This document shows positions 1 to 11,702 of a stretch of 64,000 bases of DNA, piece after piece. This stretch comes from Amphiscolops sp. MND2022 (taxonomy: Eukaryota). A program made the translations under genes and the position numbers. The notes below the pieces were generated by a model. The model saw only the letters and a program-made list of their open reading frames with translations. It was not told the DNA's origin and did no database searches. Positions within the stretch are counted from its first letter, which is position 1. Every line of letters starts with the position of its first letter. The stretch lies in the NCBI GenBank assembly GCA_964187785.1, contig OZ076409.1, forward strand, positions 75,208,001 through 75,272,000. Direction: 5' to 3'.

Positions 1-2698
1 GCTCACATCACCCCACACGCCGGAAATGCCCAATTTGTCACTTCCGGTCGCAATTTTTGACTTTTTTGGATGGAGTCGAAGCCCATTTCCGATGTGAAGG
101 AGTGGGTTGAGCGCTCTGACCACGATATACTAAAAGTAGGTTTAGACAAAGTCCTTTCAAGAAAAAAGTAATGTGAGCCCGTAACTATCACCCCCTCACC
201 GGAAATAGGGGTCACGCCTCCTTTTTCTGTGCTGCAAAAGTGACATGTGCACATTTGTCCAACTCCGAAGCCCCGGAGCACCGTGGGACCCGTATACTTT
301 CTAAACACCAATCCCACACGCTACCGGAAGTGACCGGAAGTTTCACCGGAAATGACATCCTTGGACCGGAAATGGTCAAAAAATGACTTTTTTAATGCAA
401 AATAGACACAATTGGTGCGATTTTTAGGCAAAAAGCATAATTCGTGAAACGCTTGTTGCAGTTGGAAGGGCCATTGTTCAGCAAGAATGCGTACAGCATT
501 ACGTAGCACATCAAGTAGTTGATTCTTTTTCGTCCATAATATCCATAGGACCGGAAATGGCCATTTTTGAATCGGAAACGTCTTCAGCTTGATTTTTAAC
601 AGGTTTTTCCGCAATATTAGCGTAGGAATTGCTCGTCGGATGCTGTAGGTCTATTTCAAAACTAGCTGACTGCTTCTTAGAAATGTATTTCAGAAGTTCC
701 AACTAATTCCAGATGACCGGAAATGGGAGTAATTGCCTCCTTTATGACCTTTGAAAGATAGATTGTTAAAATCCGCAAATTATTTTATTCCACAATTGTT
801 GCTCAGGTTATATCTAAGCAATAACATCTGCTTGTTATGAAGTGCTGTAATGTGGGAGATACAAATATTGCTTTTTAATAGTTTTACATACGTGATATCC
901 GCCGCAATAAGGATTTTTCAAACCAACCATTTTGAAGTCCTACTGGTGTTCCGCACACCCGAAGCTATTTAAGTTTCTAGTTTCGATTTTCAGGCTTCCG
1001 CGACTATTTAGTTGAGATGATAGTTTTCACGTTCTCTGCAAAACGGGCATTTCATTGTGTATTTGACATTTATTGGGCTGTTTCACATTGTATTTCAAAA
1101 CTAATTGATCATACAATTTGGAACAATTGAAAATTTTTAATTGAACAAAAAATGTTTTAATACTTTCTCTTTCGTTGAAGATACTCTTTTGTGGCCATTA
1201 GAACAGGTTGAATTAGTTGAATAAGTAACCAGTGCGATACATCGTTTAATACATAGCGTTTGACATCGGTTTTTTTCGCGAACAAAGACAAGCTTGATTT
1301 GTTGGAAGTTTTTACCATATCGCTTCAAATCGGGTGTGACAAACAATGAATTTCTCGTTTTAATTGCTACTTCGAAAGCAACCTGAAAACGCAAATCGAT
1401 CTATTGAATTATGGAGATGAAACTAAGCATTTCAAGTCTGGGTTTCAATTTAATTCTATCACTCCGGACTATTTTCATGTCGCAAGAGTGATAAAGGGTG
1501 TTAGCAAGGTTAAAAACATCGAACAATTTCAATAATAAAGCCTCCGGAAAAAGAAGAAAAAATGAGTTTTCCTGTCAAAACAATGATAACCACGTACGAA
1601 ACCTCAAGCTTTTGTATTGTTCAATAGTCCAAAACGTGAATGAAGTTTTTAAATATCCAAGAGTTTCTAATCAAGCATGCGTTTCAAATGTCTCACAGGG
1701 CAGCATCGTTTTCAAAAAACAGTGCTTTCAATATGGTTTCATACCAGCAAAACGAACGCAGGCAAAACCACATTCTCAAAATTTTTGCACAATAACCAAT
1801 TTCTGTGGAAATCCTGTTTGATTCCTCAGGGTATATGGTGAGAACCCTGTTGGGTTCCAAAGTTGATGAGCTGTTTTCTTGGGTTTGCGAGATAAGTTAC
1901 AACGGAAATCTGAAAGCAGGTCGTCTTAATAAAATACCTGTTGCTCTTCAAACGAATGGACTTAAGTAGTCGAAATTTATTCTCAGACACTTTCGATCAG
2001 AGGATGTTTGAGTCCTAACGTTCGAATCAGGTTGGTTTCAGGTGGCTCGAAGTGCCAGCTGAACCAACTTTTTGAATAAAGAAAAACCCCACACCTCCCT
2101 TCATGCCACGCTACCCCGTATAGCGTTTCAACTTGACAGAAATTGGAACGTTTGATTTTGGCGTTGCTTGGGATTGACACAGCAGTGTTGATACTACATT
2201 TGGCAAAGAGAAATCGCAGAATTGATTGTTTCTGTTTTTTCCCTGTTGATTTAGTCTGTCGAGCGTACAAAGCAGTTTGGGAAACTAACTTGCATTTCCA
2301 CTGAACGAAAAAAAGTAGTAGCCTTGCAAACTCCTGGAAAAGATTGAATCAGGTTTCCCTATTTGTGAGATCAACTGTCACTCAATTATCATTTACTTTT
2401 TTAAAAAATTTTTAGGAACATCTAAACTTACTCTGCTCGACTCTCTTGAATAATGCAACAATCGTTTACTGATCTGTACTCGTGAGAAAAAAATCAACTG
2501 CAGGTCCAAAAACAATCTATATATCTTTGGTTTATTCCGTGCAAAGCTTTTTTTCACACCATGTGACTCAACTATTACATGTATGTAATGAAACCAATAA
2601 CACCTTCAACTATCAACGCCCACCGTCCGTAGGCATGCCGAGGCATGCCTTTCGACGACGCGCGCCGGAAACAATCTAACGGCGCCACCCGCTTCTGG
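1..2698 (+). mobile_element. Cassette 1 (3.07-kb family, left part outside the window)
   Basis: Colinear with 3076-5769. Ends with the 47-bp core (2614-2660) and CTGG|GTG. Mobile nature is inferred. Confidence 0.6.
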
Positions 2699-5600
2699 GT
2701 GGTCAGTGCTGTTGCGTTCATTTTTTTCCGGCCGTGGGGGAGGGCCCCTCTGAGGCCGGTCATTTTTCAGGTAACAGCTTTCTTATACAAAAAAGCGGGA
2801 AAAAACCTCAGTGCTCAAATCCCAACCGTCAGAATGAGCTGAAATTTGGCATGTAGCTAGTGCATTGCAAATGATTAGGATGGGTTATAACGCTATGTTT
2901 GGCAAAATTGGTTTTGTTGCATTTTTTTTGTCATATAGGGCCAAAAATGGCCTTTTTTGCGTATTTTTTGCTTGACTAGCTAATAACTCGCGTTGGGTTG
3001 GTACTAGCGATACGGGTGTGGGGTATGGAATTGAAAGATTACCAAGTACCTTGCTGATGACGTTATTTGATTTCCGCTCACATCACCCCCACGCCGGAAA
3101 TGCCCAATTTGTCACTTCCGGTCGCAATTTTTGACTTTTTTGGATGGAGTTAAAACCCATTTCCGGTGTGAAGGAGTGGGTTGAGCGCTTCGACCCCAAT
3201 ATACTAAAAGTAGGTTTAGACAAAGTCCTTTAAAGAAAATAGTATTGTGAGCCCGTAACTATCACCCCCTCACCGGAAATAGGGGTCACGCCTCCTTTTT
3301 CTGTGTTGCAAAAGTGACATGTGCACATTTGTCCAACTCCGAAGCCCCGGAGCACCGTGGGACCCTTATACTTTCTAAACACCTATCCCACACGCTACCG
3401 GAAGTGACCGGAAGTTTCACCGGAAATGACATCCTTGGACCGGAAATGGTCAAAAAATGACTTTTCAATGCAAAATAGACACATTTGGTGCGATTTTTAG
3501 GCAAAAAGCATAGTTCGTGAAACGCTTGTTGCAGTTGGAAGGGCCATTGTTCAGCAAGAATGCGTACAGCATTACGTAGCACATCAAGTAGTTGATACTT
3601 TTTCGTCCATAATATCCTTAGGACCGGAAATGGCCATTTTTGAATCGGAAACTTCTTCAGCTTGATTTTTAACAGGTTTTTCCGCAATATTAGCGTAGGA
3701 ATTGCTCGTCGGATGCTGTAGGTCTATTTTAAAACTAGCTAACTGCTTCTTAGAAATGTATTTCAGAAGTCCCAACCAATTCCAGAATACCGGAAATAAG
3801 AGTAATTGCCTCCTTTATGACCTTTGAATAATAAATTGTTAAAATCCGCATATTATTTTTTTCCACACTTGTTGCTGAGATTATATCTAAGCAATAACAT
3901 GTGCTTGTCATGAAGTGCTGTAATGTGGGAGTTACGAATATTGCTATTTAAGAGTATTACATACGTGAATATCCGCCGTAATAAAGATTTTTTAAAACAA
4001 CCACTTTTGAAGTCCTATAGATTGTCCGCACACCCGAAACAATTCAAGTTTCTAGTTTCGATTTTAAGGCTTCCGCGACTATTTAGTTGAGATGATAGTT
4101 TTCACGTTCTCTGCAAAACGTGCATTTCATTGTGTTTTTGACATTTATTGGGCTGTTTCACATTGTAATTCAAAACTAATTGATCATACAATTTGGAACA
4201 ATTGAAAATTTTCAATTGAACATTAAATGTTTTAATAGTTTCTCTTTCGTTGAAGATACTATTTTGTGGCCATTAGAACAGGTTGAATTAGTTGAATAAG
4301 TAGCCAGTGCGATACATCGTTTAATACATAGCGTTTGACATCGGTTTTTTTGCGAACAAAGACAAGCATGATTTGTTGAAAGTTTTTACCATATCGCTTC
4401 AAATCGGGTGTGACAAACAAGGAATTTCTCGTTTTATGTGCTACTCCGAAAGCAACCTGAAAACGCAAATCGATCTATTGAATTATCGAGATGAAACTAA
4501 GCATTTCAAGTCTGGATTTCAATTTAATTCTATCACTCCGGTCTATTTTTATGTCGCAAGAGTGATAAAGCGTGTTAGCAAGGTTAAACACATCGAACAA
4601 TTTTAATAATAAAGCCTCCGGAAAGGGAAGAAAAAATGAGTTTTTCTGTCAAAACTATGATAACCACGTACGAAACATCAAGTTTTTGTATTGTTCAATA
4701 GTCCAAAACGTGAATGAAGTTTTTAAATATCCAAGCGTTTCTAATCAAGCATGCGTTTCAAATGTCTGACAGGGCAGCATCGTTCTCAAAAAACATTGCT
4801 TTCAATGTGGTTTGATACCAGCAAAACGAACGTAGGCACAACCAGATTCTCAAATTTCTTGCAAAACAGCCGATTTCTTTGAAAATCCTAATTGATTTCA
4901 CAGGGTATATGGTGAAACCCTGTTGGATTCCAAAAATGAAAAGCTGATTTCTTGGGTTTGCGAGATAAAAGACAACGGGAATCTGAAAGCAAGTCATCTC
5001 AATAAAATACCTGTTGCTCTTTAAACAAATGGACTTTAGTAGTCGAAATTTTTTCTCAGACACTTTCGATCAGAGAATGTTTGAGTCCTAACGTTCGAAT
5101 CAGGTTGGTTTCAGGTGGCTCGAAGTGCCAGCTGAACCAACCTTTCAAATAAAGAAAAACCCCACATCTCCCTTCATGCCACGCTACCCCGTATAGCGTT
5201 TCAACTTGACAGAAGTTGGAACGTTTGATTTTGGCGTCGCTTGGGATTGACACACCAGTGTTGATACTAAATTTGGCAAAGAGAAATCGCAGAAATGATT
5301 GTTTCTTTTTTTTCCCTTTGATTTAGTCTGTCGAGCGTACAAAGCAGTTTGGGAAACTAACTTGCATTTCCACTGAACGAAAAAAAGTAGTAGCCTTGCA
5401 AACTCCTGGAAGAAATTGAATCAGGTTTTCCTATTTGTGAGATCAGCTGTCACTCAATTATCAATTACTTTTTTAAAAATTTTTAGGAACAACTAACCTA
5501 ACTCTGCTCGACTCTCTTGAATAATGCAACAATCGTTTACTGATCTGTACTCGTGAGAAAAAAATCAACTGCAGGTCCAAAAACAATCTATATATCTTTG

Positions 5601-5769
5601 GTTTATTCCGTGCAAAGCTTTTTTTCACACCATGTGACTCAACTATAACATGTATGTAATGAAACCAATAACACCTTCAACTATCAACGCCCACCGTCCG
5701 TAGGCATGCCGAGGCATGCCTTTCGACGACACGCGCCGGAAACAATCTAACGGCGCCACCCGCTTCTGG
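2699..5769 (+). mobile_element. Cassette 2 (3.07-kb family, complete)
   Basis: Junction-to-junction length 3071 bp. Left hairpin at 2728-2759, core at 5685-5731. Diverged tandem copy of cassette 1. Confidence 0.6.
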
Positions 5770-6593
5770 GTGGTCCGGGGCTTATTTTGCCCCACAAGAA
5801 ACTTTGCGAGGCCGGGGAGGGTCCCGATTGCCGAGCATCAGAAACCAGAAATACATCACTAGTCCACCGGGTCGGATTTCGGCGATTTTGGAATCTAACC
5901 ATACGATTTTAATAAAACTTTGCACACATACCTAAAATCAAATTATAAGAACTTTTTTCCCCTGACGTATCATCATTGAAACATTTGTTGAAAAGTTATG
6001 TGCAAATGATCGTGTTTTTTGGTACTTTTTCGCATTTTTCACACAATAGCTCCACACTTTACGCTATGCATTTGGCCCATTTTTTGCGTGCAAGGCAGTT
6101 ATGATGTCATGTTCACACATGCCAAAAATTATTTCTCAATTCGCAACAGGAGTGGAGATATGGCGGATAATATAGGCGGAAAATTTACCGAATACGAAAA
6201 TTTGCACATATTTGGCCAACATTTGTTTCAAAAATGAGAAAAATCAAAAGGTCCGCGGATTGCGTTGAAACTTGGCACACAGGTAGTAGAACAAATTCTA
6301 AGAACTTTTTTCTTCTGACATTTTTCCGAAAAATTGCATCTTTAACCTATATTTGCAATATTTTGGGTTTTTTGATTCAAGGTGATTTATCACTCACATA
6401 TTCAAAGTCCATTTTCAGCATGAAGCAACGCAGATACCGGCAATGTGCACATTTTAGAAAATCATCAACGACCAACGGTCTACCGAACGGTCCAAAAAAA
6501 TTTTGCCCTCGGGCCCAATCAAAGTGGCCAAAGGTGCCAAAATGTTTTTTCTAACAGTATCACCATTACAAAATTGATGATTTGACCAGGAGG

Positions 6594-7790
6594 AACGGTC
6601 CGCACGGTCTCGGACCATAAGGTGAAAAAGTGTCAGTGAGTTATGGTGACAACCAAAATGACATCGGTAGACCTCTAGGAGGCCTCTGAAAAAAATTGAT
6701 TTTTTTGAGTCACGGTCCGAGTTGATCTGTTACGTTGTATGAACATTTCATAATCATGTTACTCATAACCGGGTGCAGATAGCACCGTTGGTCATCTTTA
6801 TCAAAATGAACATTGGGCAGCGGTCTAACGATTGAGTGTAAAAAATATACCTTAGTTGCTATTGTGAAAGAAAAAAATTCTCAGAAGTGTTGTTTTCGAT
6901 TTTTCATATCGACTCGCAGTTACAAAAAGGTGATTTTCTCTTCAGGAACGGTCCGAACGGTCTAGGACCATAAGGTCAAAAATTGTCAGTGTGACATGGT
7001 GGCGCCCAAAAACCCATCAGAACACTTGTAGGAAGCTTCTGAAAGAATATCGGATTTTTACGTGGGTCCGAGAGTTATACTGTCACATCGTAACAACATT
7101 TCGGGTATGCATATCTCCTGACAGAGTACAGATAGCATCATGGATCACCTTTTCGAAAAAGAACGTGGGCCACTGGTCTATCGATTGGTCATAAAAAGTT
7201 TTCAGTCACTGCTGCACGGCGTGCACAATATGCCAATATGGGGTATTTAGCAATTTTTTGCACGACTCGGACCTACAAAAGTCCCATTTCTGCTCCACCA
7301 ACGGTCCGTACGGTCTTGAACCATAAGGTCAAAAAGTGTCAGTGTGCTATGGTGACGCCCAAAAACCCATCAGTACACTTGTAGAGTGCTTCTGAAAAAT
7401 TTTGGAATTTTTAGGTGAGTCCGAGAGTTATAGAGAGTTATGTTGTCACATCGTAACTACTTTTCGGGTATGTATATCTCCTGACAGAGTACAGATAGCA
7501 ACATGGGTCATCTTTTGGAAAATAAACGTGGCCCACTGGCCTACCGAATGGTGATAAAAAGTTTTCACTAGTTGCTACAGGGAATGATAAAAGTGCTTAC
7601 ATGTGTTACTTACCATTTTTTTAGGCGACTCGGACTTACAAAAAGCTTATTTGCTCGCCAACAACGGTCTCTACGGTCTCCGACCATAAGGTCAAAAAAG
7701 TTTTGTGAGCTATGGTGACGCCCAAGAACCCATCAGTTTACCTGTAGGATGATTCTGAAAAAATTTGTTTTTTTCCAGTTCACTATGTTA
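6594..7790 (+). repeat. Internal tandem subrepeat of about 353-363 bp
   Basis: The motif AACGGTCnnnACGGTCTnnnACCATAAGGT recurs at 6594, 6947, 7300 and 7663. Confidence 0.85.
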
Positions 7791-9629
7791 GATATTACAT
7801 GGCGAACCGTGTTATTTTTCCAACAAAATTATGTTTTTGAGTGCCCGAAATTAGTTTTTAAAGCACAATAGCCACATAAAATGTTGTTTTGCATAACATG
7901 GGATGTGAATAACATGAAAAAAGTGCCCACTATGGGTTTGGGGTCATTTTGAAAAAATCAGCTGCCATTGGACGTTACACATCAGAAAATCATACCGCAC
8001 ATATCAATATATGGGTTGAGTGAAAAATAGCTTAAATGATTTTTCAGTCAATCAAGACCCTTTTTTGTTCACAACCACGTGTACAGCTGACGTTGAACGC
8101 ATATTGATCTTCCGCAATGGTTACATTACGATTTTGAGTGACAAAAGCCCCGTTGACAAACAAAATTCCAAGATAAAGTTTGTTTCCAAATCATTTTTTG
8201 ACGTATACGACCGCCAATTTCTGCCCACACACATCAATTATCCACTTCTCTTAGTCCAGTGGCATGTGAAAAACACAACTAGGCATTGACAATCCACATA
8301 CACTATAAATCGAGTAGTCATGGGCAACAATATTTACAAATCAGTAGTGAAATTTGTCTAAAATTGATAACACATAACAATTTTGTTGGAATCAAACTAG
8401 CAAAATGGAGGTTTATCAGCAACTTTTGGCTTTCACAGCAACCCACTGGCCCTGTAATATAGGAAAAGGGTGTTTACCGAACTTTTAAGGTTATATTTCA
8501 GAGTCTGAGGTAGCTAAAAGTATCATACTGAAGAGACGCATGACTTCAACTTCAGTATTTTTCCCGATGTGTCAGCACTTTTTTGGTATCGGCGGTCCCA
8601 CCAATATTGTTTTTGGTCTGACACTAAACCTTAGGATCAACCAAGGTGGATACCAGACTTGAAAAATCATTGCAAGGAATTTCGACATGTCAAAAGTAGT
8701 GATGACAGGAGATATTTCCCAAAAATTCCAGTTATTTGTCACGTTCCATTGTGCCTTTTTTAATCGGTCCTTGTCGGTTATGGTATTAACGCTCAACAAC
8801 AACCTCACTGACAACAAACAACTCGTTTATAGTTATAAAAAGTATTTATAATACAACCATGCTCGGTCTGGACAGGTTTTTCATCCCATTCGTTGTTAAC
8901 AAGCAAATTTTTTTTCCCAAAAACCCAATTTTTGTCAGGTCGAAAATTGATTTCCCGTGTTTTGAACAACATTATTGTGTCTGACGTAACCTGTGGCCTC
9001 CAAAATACTGAAAAACAGATATATGACTGGTATCAAATGCTTCATTGACATGTGAGCCACGATAACACGTTTTGCAAAGAAAAATTTAACTTTTAAGTTA
9101 AAATTTTGAAGACACATTTTCATAATAAAAACAAAATTCATAAAAAGTAACTTATTTCCCGTCAAATACTATTGATATACTATCAGTGTTGCTAATATGA
9201 GGTCTATACAGCGGTGTATGGGAAAAATGTGGCGCATAAAGCATTGTGTAACACAAAACTTTCCAAAGTACTGCGCATTTTTCACTGTACTTTTTGGACT
9301 CTATGACAAAAATTTGATAGTGTAAACATCAATGAGCAGTTCAATTTAGTACGATTATTCAACTGTGCATATGTTTCAAAGTGCACGATCTTTCTGTTGT
9401 TCCAAAATCCTTTGTTACGGCTGAAAAGATTCATATGTTTTACAACGCAATGTTCATTAAAAGATAAATTAGCAAAGACTGAATCAATATTACAAAAGCT
9501 AACAAACTTCTCAATACGTCTTTCAGTACTTGGATTTTGCAGACTATATAGATCTGATTTGCATTTTTATAAAGACATTATAACTGAATCTTGCATTTTT
9601 ATAAAGAACTTATAAAAAAAATTTCGTGA

Positions 9630-9668
9630 TAGCCTTCCAAGTTGGCCTTCGGCCAACTTGGAAGGCTA
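9630..9668. repeat. Perfect 18-bp inverted repeat (subterminal hairpin type B)
   Basis: TAGCCTTCCAAGTTGGCC-TTC-GGCCAACTTGGAAGGCTA. Related copies at 12769-12811, 23692-23735 and 62279-62322. Confidence 0.95.
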
Positions 9669-10669
9669 GCACTCCAAATACCAGAAAACAGGAGTTCCTT
9701 TATTCTCAAAATAGCTGTGGACAGTTTCATTCAACTTTCTTTTCTCACGTTAATTGATAAAATCAGAACATAAACATTTCCATTCGCTATAAGGAGATCA
9801 TAATTGAGTTCCATAAAAACATCTTTCATTGTGTCGCTTAAAAATACCATAAAAACAAACTTGAAACATATGAATTGTATGTGGAACGTACATTCTATTT
9901 ACCAGTGAGTGTCTACCCTTATTGGCTCCACCAAATCCTCTAACCCTCCACTAGACAGTACGTTACATCATACGTTGATGTATTTCACAGTGGTGACATA
10001 GGGCCAAAAAAAAACGAAATGGAGTGTATGCATTGCTAATGTTATTAAGTCAGCCAATTGTGGTAGGAAAGGTTCAATACTACGAAAAATATCTATTCCA
10101 ACTGAAAATGATTTGGGGCAAACACATGGAACACAAAAATACCTCAATAATTTTCACCAATCAATTTCTTCCACAAAAACTTTTGTGTCCGATGGTGTAT
10201 AATTTCCTAATTTGGAATCAGCCAGTCACGTCATTTTCACATCTCAGCTCGGTCATAACAGAGCGTTCTTTTTTGAAATTGTCTCTACCCAATTTCACGT
10301 AACGAGGCTGCTACGTCCCCTATTTGGAGTGTTATCAGTGTTTATAAGGGATTTATCACTCTAATGAACATATACTTCTAATGTTGAAACTCTTTCACTT
10401 TTCTTTGTAAATTGTTAAAGTAGAACATTGCTGTTATTCAGCAGGAACTCGCTTTGGCTTGCAGAATGATGGAAAATAAATGACAAGTCGCCCTGTAAGG
10501 CACCACGTGTCGTGGGGATGACAAATATGAAACAAGTTGAACACAACAAAGCCTACTTTTGTCAACAGAAGGGAAAACGAATATTTTAATTTTGAAAATT
10601 TTTATGTTTTTTAATACACATTTTCCTCGCATCTCGGCAGTGCAACTGCAACAACCTCGCCTCCACTGG

Positions 10670-11702
10670 GTGGTCACGGGTATACCCTACCACAATATTT
10701 GCGAGGTGGGGGAGGGGCCCCGAGTCCGAGCCATGCTGTCAGATTTCTATCTAGGATGAGGGGTCCAGAAAAACAGCGATTTTGGAATTGAGCCATACGA
10801 TTTGAATGAAACTTTGTGTGTGGGTAGATCTTAAAATTATAAGAACTTTTTCCCTCTGGCAAAACATGGTTGCAACACTGTGTTGGAAGTTATGAACAAA
10901 TGATCGGTTTTTTCACCTATTTTCGGCATATTTACGCCTCGGTACAACCAGCCTGTGGATACAATTGGCTGAAACGTTGCATGCGAGGCATAAATGAAGT
11001 GAAGTGTTTGCATGTCAAAAATCATTAGGCTGGTGACACTAGGCTGAGAGATAGAAGTGGAAAAAGAAGTGGAAAATTGTGAATTCTCCGGTCATTGCGT
11101 CATAACTTCCGAATTTTTGTATTGATGATGTTTCCTTCAGCGGTAGCAGTACTTTGGAGATGGTTTCATCATCACGTAGTGAGGATAAAAAATAAAAAAT
11201 AAAAAAGTTCTTCAAAAGTTCTACAAAAATTCTAAAATTTAAGAATTTTTCAAAAAAAAAAGATTTTCTCGTTTTTCGATGCTTTTTCACATTTTGAGTA
11301 CGAAAATGACGTAGCCCTGCACTTACGATCGCTATTTGAAGGATTTTCACATACCTCTTCCTCAATGTGTGGCCACTGTACAGAACTAATTGTTCTTTTG
11401 TTAGAAGTCCCGCCATTGTTTGCGGAAAAAGGTTCAAGAAACAACTTCTCCGTTGTTCCTGAGAAATGCGAAGCAGTTCGCAGGAACAACGGATAGAATT
11501 AACAAAGTACCCGGGTGGTTGGAATGAAAGATATGTAATCATCTGATAACTGATGAAAAACAGAGTTTTTCATCAGTTGAAAAGACGAAAAACGTTTCCA
11601 TGGATGTCACTCAAAGTGAACAGTACTGGTAGCGTATTTAAAAATATAATTCGACAGAAGCCGCCCGCCCACTCTGGTAATTAGTTTCCTTGCCTCCACT
11701 GG
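10670..11702 (+). mobile_element. Cassette 4 (1.04-kb family, no terminal core)
   Basis: 1033 bp. Homologous to 18738-19783, sharing the GGATACAATTGGCTGA block and the terminal TTGCCTCCACTGG|GTG. Confidence 0.55.
11449..11493. repeat. Subterminal hairpin type C
   Basis: TCCGTTGTTCCTG...CAGGAACAACGGA with an imperfect inner stem. Homologous hairpin at 19535-19584 (GTCACCGGTGTTCC...GGAACAACGGTGAC). Confidence 0.85.

Larger units (their letters stand above)
5770..10669 (+). mobile_element. Cassette 3 (4.90-kb family, no terminal core)
   Basis: 4900 bp between junctions. Homologous to 19784-24683 over most of its interior. Has about 355-bp internal subrepeats and hairpin B at 9630-9668. Confidence 0.55.
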
